Positions 1-19,720 of a stretch of DNA of 64,000 nt are shown here, piece after piece (the stretch's first letter is position 1; every line of letters begins with the position of its first letter). A program made the position numbers and the translations under genes. Source of the stretch: the human T2T-CHM13v2.0 reference genome, Homo sapiens; assembly GCF_009914755.1 (NCBI RefSeq), contig NC_060925.1, one strand, 5' to 3'. The notes below the pieces were generated by a model, which saw only the letters and a list, made by a program, of their open reading frames with translations, did not search any database and had not been told where the DNA came from.

Positions 1-272
1 TTGGCCATTTTCTCGCATTCGATTGCTTTTGCCGTTTTTTATTTAGATCAGTACTTGATTTCATTTTCATTTTCCAGTCTACTTTGGGGTTCTCGCAGTG
101 GATAATTTAGCCAAAATGTTTTTCTTGTGGAGACATTAGCTGACAATTCCCACCACAGACTGGCTTGTACGTCCTCCCAGGGAGACCTAAACCTGGCTCC
201 CCTCCCACCGCAGTTCTTAATATTGTGGATAAGAGATCCATCTTTCTCATTCTGGATACCTACTTAGTGCTC
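1..272 (+). promoter_or_regulatory. Putative internal promoter / 5'UTR of the short RABGAP1L isoform
   Basis: Repeat-free sequence upstream of ATG 273; YY1-like GCCATTTT at 4-11; short upstream ORF 116-139. The TSS cannot be determined from sequence. Confidence 0.4.
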
Positions 273-440
273 ATGGAAGAAGGGGTGCCCTGCCCAGCCC
301 CAGCTGCTAAGCTCACACCTCCTGTCAAAAAGTCCCAGGACATGCACGACGAGAGGAGCAAGCTGGTGAATGAGTATGCGTGTCGAGTGCTGGAACTTCT
401 GGGGATGGGGCATCGTCTGTTTGTGCCTCGGCTTCTGGCG
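273..440 (+). CDS. RABGAP1L: Coding part of an alternative first exon of RABGAP1L (short isoform N-terminus, MEEGVPCPAP...VPRLLA, 56 aa)
   Basis: ATG at 273 (ctcATGG), 168 nt open, then donor GCG|GTGAGA at 440/441 in phase 0. Joins in frame to the phase-0 exon at 11789. Non-repetitive sequence. The peptide matches my recollection of a RABGAP1L short-isoform N-terminus. Confidence 0.8.
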
Positions 441-2264
441 GTGAGATTGTTTTTCATTGAACTTCATTTGTAGGGAATCTGCTATCCTCTGTGAAAATTC
501 CTTGTATCTCTGAAAGAGGCTTGTTGTCTCTGGTTTTCTTCTCCTTCTCCCCATTCTGCCGAGAAGGAAATGCTGAGTGGCCACTGTTGTGCAGCTCATT
601 TGGAGCCTGGTCCACACCACCCCTTAATTGGTTAGAGGAGATCATGGCTCTTTTCTCAGAGCCCAGGGTCACATTAGTGGCATTATCTCTGTGGCAGCAA
701 AAAAATGGTTTTCTGCCTGGCTAGGCTCAGCAATAAAGCAGAATACCCAAGTGCTTGATGTAGGCATTCTGTTATGTATATCTCCAAAGGGTTAAATTTT
801 ACAACAGACATAGCAACTTATCTAGACTGTGTGTGGTTTGCTTTCTAACCTCCCCATTAGATTGCCAATTTGATTGTTGTTTTGTTTTGTTTTTTGATAG
901 AGAATTTTACCACCTAAAAATACTTTGGTAGGAAATTTTAGGTTTCTCTCCTAGAATGATTGAACTGTTTATCTGTGAAACAGCTTAAAGCTGCTGGCTT
1001 CTGTGCTGTGAATCTGGGAAGTCTGACTTGCTTGTTATTTGATTTCCTGAATAAGAGAAAAATCACCCTTCCTCATTTCCTACCAAGGGTTAAAATTAAA
1101 TACCCACAATCGCTGTTGCAGGCTTGAGAACTATACCTAGCAACTATTCTATAAGGTAATTGGTTTACAGTAGTCCTATACCATTATGTGGTAATGGAAT
1201 AAGAATAATTTAGCCTTGTCTGTTTTATAGAATGGAGTTTAATACCATTTTAGACTATTTCCTCACTATGGTTCTCTCATATTAGAGTCTTTTCAGTACA
1301 GTATTTACATGACTGAATTTAACTCTTTTCTCTCCTATATCTCCCTTCACTATAATTCATCTCTATTTATACTTATCTTTACAATTACTAGTTCAGTCTT
1401 TATGTATGTATTTACATGCAAATATAATCTCTTCTGTACAATCATAACAGACATGTTAGATAGCCATGTAAATAAGAAATTTCCCATCCTAAGGAAAGTC
1501 TATTTGTCATTCCAAAACAAAGTTTGATGCAGTGACTAGCATACAATTATAGGGGGGATATTTTTGAGAAATGTAGTTCCTTTGTCATTTAAAGAAGAAA
1601 TAAAAAGAGCTGAAGACATGTGTTTTAATGTCCAGGTGAAGTCATTACTTCCCTGAACCTCATCTTTTTCTTAAAGGAGAAAACTAAGGATTCATGATTC
1701 TATTTAGAAAGGAGTTTTGTTTTGTTTTGTTTTGTTTTGTAAGTGAAATGAGAAGCATTTTATTTCAGGAGTTTTGATATTGTGAAGTGCTAAACTATAT
1801 TTCAACAAATTCTCTACATCTCTGAGGAATCAGGCTTGGTCTAATATATTTCTGCATCCTAAAGACTACTCAACTTTGTGACTCAAAGGCTTCCAATGGT
1901 AACTTTCCAGTAATTTGGTGCCACCTCTCTTTGGCATTTACATTTTCAGTGTTTTGAAGGAATACATAAATTGGTAATTAAGAATATTTTGCATACTCAA
2001 CTCTGCATTAGGGATGAATTTAAACTGCCTCTAGTCTGAAAAAATTAATTAGCAATAAAATCCACAGGGAGTTGGGTTCTCAAGCTTGAGCTCTTTGGAG
2101 GTCATGTATATCTGTGTATTGCAATTGTACCAACTCTGGTTGGTTGCCAAATTAGGCATCTGAAGTAGTGCATCTCTCAGGTGGTCTTGAGACCTTACTT
2201 AGGCTCTATCAGTTAGAGCCTAAGTAATAATGCCACCTGCATTATGTGTGAAAAGCATATGCTA

Positions 2265-2612
<348 letters not shown>

Positions 2613-3681
2613 TTACACAGTTGCACTTGAAAAATTATTGGTAATACGAGGGTACTCTACATTTTGGGAAATTACAAGTTCTTTAATTAGCAATATGGCT
2701 GTTAGTTGGGCTCTGCTATTCAGTAAGTTACTGCTCAAAGTTTAGCATGTGTACCAGGGGGAAATTGTTCAGCCTTGTGTTATTGAACTGGCTAATGATG
2801 TGGGATCAATGGCTAATCTGCACAGGACACTCCTAAGAGGAATCCTGCCACATGCAGTATTGCAATCTTTTCATTTCTAGTCAAGAGGAAGTACTAAAGT
2901 GTAAAACATCTCTTTACCTTTTTAGTCATGTTTCAAACATGAATGCTTGTGGGTTAAGCACATACAAGTACTTTATTTTACTTTTAAGATCCCATTATTT
3001 TTTTTTCATCATAAAACCAGTCATTTTTCAAAAAAATCAAATAAATGAAGATTTACCAAGATAGTGTTGTGGATTTGGTCTCTGAGCCTTATTACTTATT
3101 GTTCCCTGATTCACAGAGGGATCATCAAACTACTAGAACTCTAGGTTTCTTTAACCTTCAGTTGGAAGGAGGTTACTGATATAATAGAGGATGCACATTT
3201 GGAATTTTTGCTTGTTACCCTTCAAAGGTACACCCAGTTAAGGACAATTTTCCTTTAATAAATCAGGTGCAAGCATGTCATTTTAGATATTACCACAAGG
3301 CCTAAATTCTATGTGTACATTCACCAAACATGTTTTTCTTTTGTGAAATTAAAATACTGAAACAGGAGATGCAAACATCCTAGACATCAGCTAACTGGTA
3401 TTTCCCTTTTCTAAAGCCTGTGCTTTCAAATGATTCTCAGACCTCCAGAAATTTTTAGCTGAATAAAAATTCTGTTAGATACCATAACTAAAGGAAAAAG
3501 AAGCCATTTAGGATAAAAATAGTGAAGATAAGAAAGAGAATCACATTTAGATTTTTTTTTTTTCAAATAGTCCCCTAAAAGAATCAAACATAGAATCTGC
3601 TGCTTATTAGAGGCCCTTAAAGAAATATTTATTCAAGAATAGTGAGAAGTTTGGAATAGAAGCATCTGGAGCTAATACTCA

Positions 3682-4006
<325 letters not shown>

Positions 4007-4183
4007 ATTCACCTTAAAATATGATACTCTTGCACTGAATTTTTCAGTGGGAAAAACACATTGAAAATGGTATCAGTGGTGGCATGTGGCCAGAGTCCAT
4101 ACTCTGTAAGTGTGTGATATTTGGAGAAGGAGGAGAAACTTTGACTTTGCTTATATTCAAAATCTCCCCTTTTCCCTGCGGAT

Positions 4184-4649
<466 letters not shown>

Positions 4650-5351
4650 TGAATACAGCTACTCATTTTCCACAGTGAATCGAAGGAGGGTTGATTATAC
4701 ATACACAAATGATCTAGCTGTCCCTTTTCGTAGCCATTTTAAGGTTTCATTTTGGTCAAAGTACTTATGCTGATAAATTGCATCCTAATCTTGTTTGTTT
4801 TTAACTTTGTAGACTTTCTTAAACATTAAGTTTAAGGAAGGATGAAAGAGCAGAGGAGAATATGTCTTCCCTTTTTACCTCTGTTGTTAACAGCTGCAAG
4901 GATTGCTCTTTAAAGAGAGGTTACAACTTATAACAGAAGTTAAAAACCCAAATGCAGAAGTTGCCATGTATACTTCTGATACCCCCCCAAAAAATCTAAA
5001 AATCAATTTTTATATGAAAATAAGTCCTAAATATACTCCATAATTTCCATTGTATACATCTTAACTTTTGAATATTGGATATGCTTGAAGTGGAGCCTTA
5101 ATAAATTCATGGAACAAATTTATGTCGATATCTATTATGTGTCAGGCAATTTGCTTAATTCATATCACTGGGGTAAGTGCAAAGGATACTTACATTAACA
5201 TTCTACTTACCTTTCCCTCTGGATATTTCTTCCTACCTACTTGAAAGGGAAAAGAAGTAGGACTTGTTTAAATGACTTTACTTTTATCTTTTTATATAGT
5301 TCTATGCAAATGAAGAAAGAAGTAATGTCACCTTTGAAATGTAATTGGTAA

Positions 5352-5755
<404 letters not shown>

Positions 5756-6271
5756 TATTAGTTCTTATTTAAAAGCTGGTAGAGTTATTTTCTTTATTTT
5801 CCAAGGGAAGGAAACATGCCTCTGCTTATTGAAATTGTCGAAATCTTATTCGTATTATCTTCTGGCTAACATTACTTAACTAATGTTGGGAAAGGAGTTG
5901 CATTTTCATTATTTTACTCTTCCCTCGCCATTGTTCTGAAAGCAATGTAGAAAAGCTCTAACAATTTCCCAGTTGAAGAACAGCCTTTCCAGTTTAAATC
6001 AGTTTTTCTAGCCTGAAGGGATTTTGTTCAGTGAGCACAGATGTATAATTGTAAACCAGAAGCCAGCACAACCTATTTTGGGTACTTGGTTTGGTTTTTG
6101 AAGTGTTAGTCTGCCTTTTAGGGGTACATTTTTAAAGCATAGATCTTATGATCGCAAGATCATTCGTTAAGCCTCTTCATTGTCAGGGTAAGGGTTTAGT
6201 ATTCATACAATTATAAACTCAATTATGAGCACTAATTATCTGCAGAGCCAGCTCATTAATAATTAGTATGT

Positions 6272-6570
6272 GTGCAGGCATGGTAGCTCACTCCTGTAAT
6301 CTTAGCTACTAGGAAGACTGAGGCAGGAGAATGGCTTGAGGCCAGGAGTTAAAAACCAATCTGGGCAACATAGCAAAACCCCATCTGTAAAAGAAACAAA
6401 CAAAAAAACAAATTTGCCAGGTGTGGTGGTGCATGCCTGTAGTCCAAGCTACTAGGAAGGCTGAGACAGGAGGATTGCTTAAGCCCAGGAGTTTGAGGCT
6501 CTAGTGAGCTATGATTGTGCTACCGCACTTCAGACTGGATGACAGAGCAAGACCCTGCCTCTAAAAAAGT
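6272..6570 (+). mobile_element. AluJ
   Basis: Diverged Alu dimer. Confidence 0.85.
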
Positions 6571-6719
6571 AACAACAATAATAACAATAATTAGTGCTAG
6601 GATGGTGAGATAGTAGCACTAGGATGGTGAGAACTGGTTCTGGAGCCCTGGTTGACACCATGTTTTATTTTCATAAACAGCACTACTACTTGTATTTTAG
6701 ACTAATTACATTACATTAA

Positions 6720-7040
<321 letters not shown>

Positions 7041-7768
7041 TGTAAAGCATATATATTTAACAAAATAATATGTATAGGTGATTCAAATTTTGTTAAATAT
7101 GTGTAAGATATGTATGTAATGATGGGGTAAAGGACTATAAATAATGTAATAAAATATTAATTATGTTTATCTCTGTAGTCAGACCTTATATTAGGCTTTT
7201 AAAAAATTTTTTATTTTGGGCCATGAATATGTAATCAAGAAAAAGTTTATGACCCCACCATGTAGACAATACACATACATATGTACGAATTATGATTGAA
7301 AAAGTATTCTTTTAAAAAAAAAGCCAAACAACTTTTGATAAATTCTTAGTGAAACATCCAAATCTTTGCAGAACAAGAAAACATCCAATCTTTGCCGAGC
7401 AAGAAGTGTCTATCCCTTGATTGTAGAGGGAAAAACCTCTTAGATACAGTTGTCAGCAAATGAAGAGTTATCTCTGTAAGCTTATAATCTGCTTATGGCA
7501 TTACAAAGGCATTTGAGGTAATACTTAATGATTATGGAAGTCTCTCGAAGATAGAAAATTGGAGGAAAAAACCCATCAGAATCAAAGTAGGACTAACTAC
7601 AGGTTGTCTTCTAGAATACTGGCAGCAAGGTTTTTGTTTTATGTGTTTTGTGCTTACTGGCATTTTTGTTTTCGTTCACAATGAAATTAGCTGTATTGCA
7701 GCCCATAAGAAAAATATAAGTTCTTCCAACTTAGACTGCCCACTTTATGGAATTAAAAATATCAGTGA

Positions 7769-8428
<660 letters not shown>

Positions 8429-8553
8429 TCAGTGAGAGCAAGGTACTGCTTTTAGCCACTAAGATATCTATTTTTGAGCATATTTGAGCAACACAGATGC
8501 TATCACCCCTTATATTTCTTTTGGAATTCAAAAAATGCACTCTTATACCTTAA

Positions 8554-8953
<400 letters not shown>

Positions 8954-10129
8954 TAAATGGGAAAACTTACATAGCACTACAAGTTTGCCAAAGTTGAAGT
9001 TAAAATGAATTTATTACATCCTTTGCAACCCTGAGTACCTTTAATGTGTCAAGTACTCCAGAGGCTGAGGTTAGCAAATTGAATAAGATGCAGTTTTCAC
9101 ACCTTTGTATACTTGAGCCTCCCTGCCCCATGGTTGCCAGATCTCTTCTCTTCTTGAGCTTAACTGAGCTGGGCAATCCATGTGATTTGCAGCAATATCA
9201 ACACCAACAATGTCTAGGAAAGGACAGCCACAGGGAACTCTGGCTTCTCGTGTCCAGAGACTTAACCTGAGTTAGGCTTCAGCCCCACCCTGGTGGGAAC
9301 CCCATTGCTGTACCCTCCCTGAGGCTATTAGCCTCTCTTAAGCAGCATCTCTGCCTACATGGCCATCCCTGCTTGACTAGAGGTCCGGTGTGTGAGAATG
9401 TAGGATTCCTCATTCTTGATACCAATCTATCTGCTTTTGTATGTGCTAAAAGGCTGGATTTGAAATTAGGCCTTGGCAATATTAGAAAATTAGATAACTA
9501 TGCTACTGTCTGCAGAGAAGAGATCGCCCATCACCATTTTGGGGCATCTGTTTCCAGGTAACTAGAGGTTAATTGCATTGAAAATAGAAGAGGTGCCTTC
9601 AGAGGACTTTCGGTAGTGAGGAAAGGGTTAATCCTGTTTCTCCACAAACCCTGGAAGCAGTTTGTCTGGAATTGTCCAAACCACTACCAGAGAGCTAATC
9701 ATCAGAACTGGTATTACATGTGAAAAACGAAGCCTAGGGATGTGTGGTACATCTGGTAGAATTGGTAGCTGGATGCTTTCCCCCATAATTCAGCAGTTGA
9801 TATTTTAGTTAGAGAGGCTCTCTCTCAGACTGAAGTTGTTTCCAGTAACTGCCTTTTCCAGCTAAGTTAAGGTGAGTTGAGAGCATGCTAAGCATTCTCC
9901 ACCACTTGTTGCTATTGCATCTGTATGTTTATGAGGAAAGAGAAATCTGAGATGTACTGGAGTTTTTTGTTTTTTCATTACCACTGTTAGCCTAGCTCCA
10001 TTTTTTGATTACTAATTTGTGGACCTTTGTGAAACTGCCTGGTATGAATATGTTCTTTTCTTTCACATTTCTGTTTAAAGGGCAGGGGAAAAGGGAAGCA
10101 AACTCTAGCAAAAGAGAGATGAAAGTAGA

Positions 10130-10420
10130 TTTCATTCATTTATTCTGTTAGAAATTTGAGTGCCTCCTATATTCTGGGCATTGTTCTTGTTGCTGTGGAT
10201 GTAGCAGTGTGAAAGACAGACAAAGAGGGGAAGAAGGGGAGCAGATATAAAACTGGAAAGTGAATTGGTGGGGAATGGGCTAGGAGGAAGAATTTAAGTG
10301 CTCAGAGAAGGTCTCACTCAGATCTTATATTGAGCTAAAATCTAGATTACAAGATGTTGCTAGGATTGGACTACATGTCTTGCTAGTCATGATAATGACT
10401 TGGACCAGGGTGGTGATGAC
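10130..10420 (-). mobile_element. L2 3' fragment
   Basis: ttcattcatttattc...ttgagtgcctcctat is a typical L2 end. Confidence 0.6.
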
Positions 10421-10776
10421 GAAAACTGAGACCCTGTTACAAGCAGGAATTTCTCTGGCTTCCTGCCTACTTTTTCAGTGCAGTCTTTAATCAGCTTTAC
10501 ATTTTAATTTAAATAAAGTAATATTTTGACACAGCATGTAGTTATGTGATTTCTGGGTGCTTTTTTAATTGTTGAAGTTTTTGACTATTAAGTACTGACT
10601 GTAAAACATCTAATTTGTTTTTGGCTTCTGTGTACTCATCTTCCTAAATCTATAATATGTATCACAGTGTTTGCCAAAGTTGTTTATAGCTGTTTATTAA
10701 AATATTTATTGTCTTTCTTATTATAAAAGCGTTATACAGAAAGTATAACAAAATGTAATGAAAAAAATAACCTTCA

Positions 10777-11062
10777 GGTTACAGTGACCCATGCCTGTAA
10801 TCCCAGCACTTTGGGAGGCTGAGGTGGGAAGATACCCTGAGCCCAGGAGTTATCAGCTTGGGCAACAGAGTGAGACTCCCATCTCTATTTAAAAAAAAAA
10901 AAATTATAAGTAGCTGGGTGTGGTGGTGTGTGCCTGTAGTTCCATCTACTCAGGAGGCTGAGGCGGGAGGATCACTTGAGCCTGGGAGGTTGAGGTTGCA
11001 GGGAGCCATGATTGCACTATGCACTCCCGCCTGGGCAACAGGAGACCTTGTCTCAAAAAAAG
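10777..11062 (+). mobile_element. AluJ
   Basis: Diverged Alu dimer. Confidence 0.85.
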
Positions 11063-11788
11063 TAAAAATAAGTGGTATAACCCATGATTCCACTATACAG
11101 ATAAACATTTTGTTTTCTTTTTAGTCTTTTTTCTGTGCACAGATATATTTATTTCCAAATGGTTTTTTAGTTTTTGAAGAAGTAAATTTGGTAAACAATA
11201 GTTTTCAGAAGAGATCAGTAGTTAGGTGGTTTGTTTCATTTACTTTTTCATAGCATTCTTCAAGGTATGGGATCAATTTCCTATTCTTTTCACTTGAACT
11301 GCTGCTGTCATTAGTTGAAAAGCCATCTTCCCATTAGGTGTTTATTGTGTAACTGATGTATTTTGGTTGCATTTTCTATGTCTTCAGCCAGCTTTTTAAT
11401 AATATCCTTAAAATGTTCATTGAGCTGAAGTCACAGATTAGTCCTAGAGTCCAGTTTCTTTTCCTTTTTTAGCCTTATTCTTTTCTCAGAGCTGTAACTT
11501 GGTAAGCTTTGCCAGGAACCATCATTCTAATTTTCAGGTAATATGAATTCAGTATGTTAGTTTGTTCATTAACTCTTAGATTGCTTCTGTGATTTATGGT
11601 GATTTATTTCAGCTTATAGTAACATCATCTAAATATTGAAATGTTAGAAATATCTTCTTAAAATGTTTGGAACTAACTTAGATCTTAGCTATAAAAGTAT
11701 ATTCAAGAAAATATAAATTCTTTTTGAAATATATTTGTCCTCAAAGCAGGCTGAAATGTAATGACGATTCTTGATGATTATTTTGCAG

Positions 11789-11917
11789 ACCTCAAAGGAA
11801 GACCTTCTGCAGGCTGATTTTGAAGGTGCTTTAAAGTTCTTTAGAGTTCAGCTTCCAAAGAGATACAGGGCAGAGGAAAATGCAAGAAGACTGATGGAGC
11901 AGGCTTGCAATATTAAA
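11789..11917 (+). CDS. RABGAP1L: Internal coding exon of RABGAP1L (end of TBC region): TSKEDLLQADFEGALKFFRVQLPKRYRAEENARRLMEQACNIK
   Basis: Acceptor ttattttgcAG (11787-88), 129 nt open in phase 0/0, donor AAA|GTAAGA at 11918. Peptide recognised as RABGAP1/RABGAP1L family. Confidence 0.95.
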
Positions 11918-12569
11918 GTAAGAACATGAGTTTTTATATAATAAAGGTAAAATATGAGTGCAGAATAATATGACAAATTATGTAAAAATTTTTTTATATG
12001 TTGCAAGGTTTGATTATGTTTAAGATTAGATTGTGTATGAACTGATTTCTCCCAGATGTGTTTGTCAGGCTAATGTGTGTATAGTAGCTGTACCTTCTAG
12101 TAGGACTTAAAGTTGGCAGGCTCAGATTATAACAATAGGAAGATAAACATTTATCTCATAGGTGGGGCTCTAGAGTGGGCTGCTGTGATAGTGGTTTCCA
12201 TGGAAGCAGACTTAGTATTTAGCTTTTGCCATCTGTTTTAAGATTATTTAGGACAAAGCAAGAAAAGCTTGCTTAGGCAATGCTTTCATTTCTCTAAGTG
12301 ACTTGGAAAGTTTGAGTCTTGATCTGCCCATTCCCATCCCACACCTGCCAAATATCTGTGGATACATTGGTCCATGTCACATGTCTGATAAAGCTAAACA
12401 CATTTTATAAATCAATTTGAAATTGAAAACTCTTTCCAGAAAGTTGTAGTATTAAGGTGAGAGAGCACTCTTAAAATATTTGGAACCAATTTACTGATGT
12501 TAATTCTTATACCTCTACAATATACCAGGGTATCTTTTTACCTAACCATAACGTAAATATAAATTGTTT

Positions 12570-13370
12570 TCCTAAACAAACAGAGATCCTGGTCTTAGGG
12601 ACTTTACATTCTTGCAGAAGGAAACAGACAATAAGCAACATAATAAATACATTATTTATTTAACATGTTAGAAAGTGATAAATAGCTGTGAAAAAAAAGA
12701 GAGTAGGGGAAGATAAAGGGAGGTTGGATTAGTGGGGGAGCAAAGGTTATGATTGTTATTAGATAGTCAATGTGGACCTCACTGAGTCAATGAAGGAGAT
12801 GAGAGATTAGTCATGGAGATGTCCTGGGGAAAAGCTTTCTAGGCAGAGTCAATAGCCAGTTCAAAGGTCCAGAGACTGCCTCATGCCTGGGTGGGCTTGA
12901 GAAACAGGAAGGCCAGTGCAGCTGGAGTGAAGTGAATGAAATGGGAGTAGTAGGAATGCTCACAAAGAGCCAGAAAATGTAGGCCATTGTAAGCATTTAG
13001 GCTTTACTTTGAGTGAAGCAGGGAGCTCTTGCAGGGTTTTTAGTGGAGCAATGATATGATCTGTCTGAGGTTTTTAAAGGATCACAATGGCTATTTTGTT
13101 AAAAACAACCATAGGAAGGTAAGAGAAGTAGGGACATCAAACAGGAGATTTTGGAGTAATCCTCTTGAGAGATGATGATAGACTGAACCAGGGTGTTAAC
13201 AGTGGAGATAGAGATGGAGTGGAGATGGAGATGGTTGGAACCTGAGTATTTTTGAAAGAGAACCAATAAGATTTCCTGATATATTAAATGTGAGTGTGAG
13301 GAGAAAAGAAGAGTTAAAATGATTGCACTGATTTTGAACTACGCAACTAGGAGATAAGAGTCACCATCAA
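12570..13370 (-). mobile_element. L2 fragment
   Basis: Purine-rich L2-like sequence (gaaggccagtgcagctggag, aaaggatcac). Confidence 0.65.
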
Positions 13371-14656
13371 CTTATTAAGCATATTACTTAAAAGGTACTT
13401 TGACACAGACTTCTTTTAGGCACCAGAGCCACTGTAACATTTTTTGGTATAACACAATCATTTTAAATTTAAATCAAATTATAAATGTTAAAAAGTACAG
13501 TTAAAAAGTACACTGAAAGTAAGTAACTGGGCAGAAAAAAATTATTTTGTCTTTCAAGTGAGCTTTATATTCAAAGAGATCATTTTCCAAAGCTATCATA
13601 AGAAAGATGGATTTCTGAAGTTTTCATTCTGAAATGCAAACTCTTTAAAGCCTTCACGACTGATTGTTTTATTTGGCCAAAGTGTAAGCCACATTTATTT
13701 GTAACTTTGAAAGTATACTCTAGTGGGCATGATGCCTTTGACTGAATTTTGTGGGTGGTGAGTTTGAAAGGTAGGCTTCAGCCAACTGATTGTTTCGGAG
13801 ATGCCAGAGAGAAGTATTGTAAATTGGGTCAATGTTGTAGGCATCCTTTAAAATAAAATATTTATTTCTAAGAATAAAAGAGTAGAGAAATAAGAGGTAC
13901 AGGTAAGGTGAAAAGTTAAAGGTTTTCAAGGGAAATCTCAGAGGATTGCCAAGTCACTGAGGACAAAAGAAACCCAGGAAAACAATTGAAAAACATGAAA
14001 TGTATAGGGAAAATTTTTTTCTCCAATATAATTTATGAAGTTCCTGGAGGTGGCTAGTTATTATCAATCCAGAAACATGGGATCTGAGAGATGGAGAAGC
14101 GTAAAATGTTAGAAAACAAGTTCAAAATATAATCCAAATGGACTGCTCCTGGAAGGGAAGTGCTGGGTACAACCAGAATAAATTTTTTGGACATGAATAG
14201 GTAAATATGAATATTTTTAAAGCTTTTAATAAGATTTCAATAATTTAAAATTTTTAATAATTTAATAATTTGTAAAGTTTTAATAGTTTTTTGTGGGGTT
14301 TTCTTTGCATTATCTAAGGAGAATGCCTTTTTCTTGGATATTTAAGACGGTATCCACGGGACACCATTTCATTTATAACATATAATTGTAGAGTGAATGA
14401 TTGTGAGGCAGATGTGAGGTGAAACTGAAAGAAGGAAGACATAAGTCATCCAGTATTGGGCTGGGATTGTGCTGGGACTAGAATGTAGGTCTCCAATCCA
14501 AAGGTCTAAAATTGTTTTTAAACCAAGACCTATATTTTGGTTGCTTTTATGTCAAGACCATGACTATATGTACGTACTTACATACACATAACTGAAGAGA
14601 TACTTACCCTTACACTGAGGCACTCTGATGTTTTTTGTTCTATTGTATTGTATTTC

Positions 14657-14945
14657 CTTTTTTTTTTTTGAAATGGAGTCTCATTCTGTTGCCCAGGCTG
14701 GAGTGCAGTGGCACAATCTCTGCTCACTGCAACCTCCCAGGTTCAAGCAATTCTCCTGCCTCAGCCTCCTGAGTAGCTGGGACTACAGTCATGTGCCACC
14801 ACGCCTGGCTATTTTTGTATTTTTAGTAGAGACAGGGTTTCACCATGTTGGCCAGGCTGGTCTCGAACTCCTGACCCCAAGTAATCCGTCCGTCTCAGCT
14901 TCCCAAAGTGCTGGGATTACAGGTGTGAGCCACCATTGCCCAACC
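14657..14945 (-). mobile_element. AluS, followed by (TATTG)n
   Basis: Reverse Alu dimer. Confidence 0.9.
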
Positions 14946-16108
14946 TATTGTATTGTATTGTATTGTATTGTATTTTAAACTTCTCCCCGGATCCCAAGAA
15001 AATCCCCAAACCAAAAGGCTGACCACAACCCACTAAATCGATTTTACAATAGCTTGTAGTTTTGAAAAAACACTAAGACCTATCCCACTGTTCCTACCAC
15101 CTCCCCGTTCCCCACTCTGATCTGCCACAACCCATGAGAGGCTGTAGATGACGAGGTGTTACAATGAATAATGGAAGTGCATGTGTAGGTAAGGATGTGA
15201 GTCATCATGCCATCATTACAGCAGCTTGTGCTGGCAGTTGGAAATTTTAGGAGATGATGGACTTATAGACTGAGACTTATGTGTTAGACAAAGCATTCAT
15301 GGACAAAGGTGACTGCAGGCATGGAATAGGCAAGAAAGTTTAACTCCTTATCCATAGCCTATTTAAGATTAAAGATAGAATTTCTGCCAAAAGTAATCAA
15401 GTTTTAAAAATTTTTAAATTATTTTCAAAGTTGGTGTTGTATATAGTTGTGTCTTTTTTGAATGGACATGTTCCCATTTAATTACCCCCCAAAATAATCA
15501 CTTTCCTTTAATTTTAAGGAACTGTAACCAGTGATTTCAGTGAAACTGAAACTGGCTTTAAAATAGATGCAGCAGTTGCAAGCAAAAAATAACTTGTTAG
15601 CTCTGTATGTGGTTTATTTCTGTGAGTGTACCAACAAGATTTGTTAATAAAGCACATTAGATTGGATAAATAATTTTATTTTTCCAAAACTTGTATGACA
15701 TTAAATATCAGGAACATTTTCAATAGCTTCTAAACTGGTAATTTAACTAATGTGACTCCAAGTTATTCTAATACCCTTCTGTTCCTATGGTTTCAACTAG
15801 GCCAAAATCAGAAAACATATTGACCCATCAGGCTTTACTTTGAACAGTCATTTGGTTACTTTTAATATTGAAATCAAGACCTAAATAAAAGATGTTTAAA
15901 GTGCCTAATATGAATATCCTGTATTTTCCCAGGGAGTCAGTTTTTATTAAATATCATACTTTGATTTTTGCCTTATAGTTAAAAATGCTGCCATTGCAGA
16001 GCTTCTTAAACTTGGATTTTGGCTTCAGAGACTCTGAATTACCAGAAATTTGAATTTCTTTGTATGAACATATGAGCATTTTGTTTTTCTTAGTAACATA
16101 ATACATAG

Positions 16109-16418
<310 letters not shown>

Positions 16419-16687
16419 TAGCTTTATTAAGTGCATATACACATAATCTTTATAATTCTTGATCTGATTACCTGTTTTTCTACATATTTTTATTCAATAC
16501 CATTTATATTGTATCAGGTTGAATTGATGAAATTACCATTCCTGTTGGTCAGAAACTGTCAGGTATTTGATTGGTTTATGATTTATGATTCAGTATTTTA
16601 TGCCTCCTTACAGCTCAAATAGGTGCATATGTAGCTTAGCTCTATGGCCATGTAAACTTTTCCTGAGAATTATTCTCCAAAGGCTAA

Positions 16688-16992
<305 letters not shown>

Positions 16993-17254
16993 AGTCCTTT
17001 TTTTTTGTTTTGTTTTGTTTTTAAGTTGATTTTTATTTGGAATAATGTTCCAAGTACCATATTTACGATGGACTTCAGTAGTAGCAAAGTTCATAAGCAC
17101 AATCATCCAAAATTTTCTGTTGGTAGAGCTTTATAATAGAGCTTTTTAAAATATGTTAGCTTATTTCACTTGTATTTCATTAGTAAAATAATTTGAGCAA
17201 AATTAAAAGGCAAAATCTGACATTAACCTAAAGGAAGAAAATTAGGAAAGAAAA

Positions 17255-19178
<1,924 letters not shown>

Positions 19179-19334
19179 GAGATAGTCAGCAAGCCTGAGA
19201 GTAAGTATGAGAGAGAGAGAGATGAGTAAGTACAAGAGAGAGAGATAAGAGGATGTTGAGACTAAGATGGATTTTTGGAGGATGGGAAAGATGAGTCTTT
19301 AATGCTAAAAAAATTTCCAATGACTCTTAATTTC

Positions 19335-19720
19335 TTCTTTGAGCACCTACTATATGCCAGGCATTGTACCAGATAGACCCAGGGAATATGAGATTGAGCA
19401 AAAGCACATATGCTCTCAGAGCTCATGGAATTCACAGTGTTAATTTAATCACCTTAATAAATGTATACTTACAGAGTGAGATAAATGTTCAGAAGAGATA
19501 TAATAAAGATATATGAGAGCAAAGAGCAAAGGAACCTGACCTTGACTCAATGATCTAGAGAAAGCATTCTTGAACTGAGATTACAAGGTATTCCAGACTG
19601 AAAAGCAGCATATGCAAAGCCTGTGAAGAGGGAGAGAATATAGTAAGTTGTAGAAACTAGGAGAAGGCCAGTTTGACTGTACTTCAGAGAATGATGACAG
19701 TTGATATCCAGGGACCAAAC
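19335..19720 (-). mobile_element. L2 3' fragment
   Basis: ttgagcacctactatatgccaggcattgt. Confidence 0.65.

Noticed and set aside
165-473. 102-aa ORF as a stand-alone gene
   Set aside because: It starts at TTG and runs through the donor at 441; better explained as the spliced exon 273-440.
6592-6632. Short tandem duplication (CTAGGATGGTGAGA x2); also GTTAAAAAGTACA x2 near 13487-13512
   Set aside because: Two-unit slippage duplications, not an array or CRISPR.
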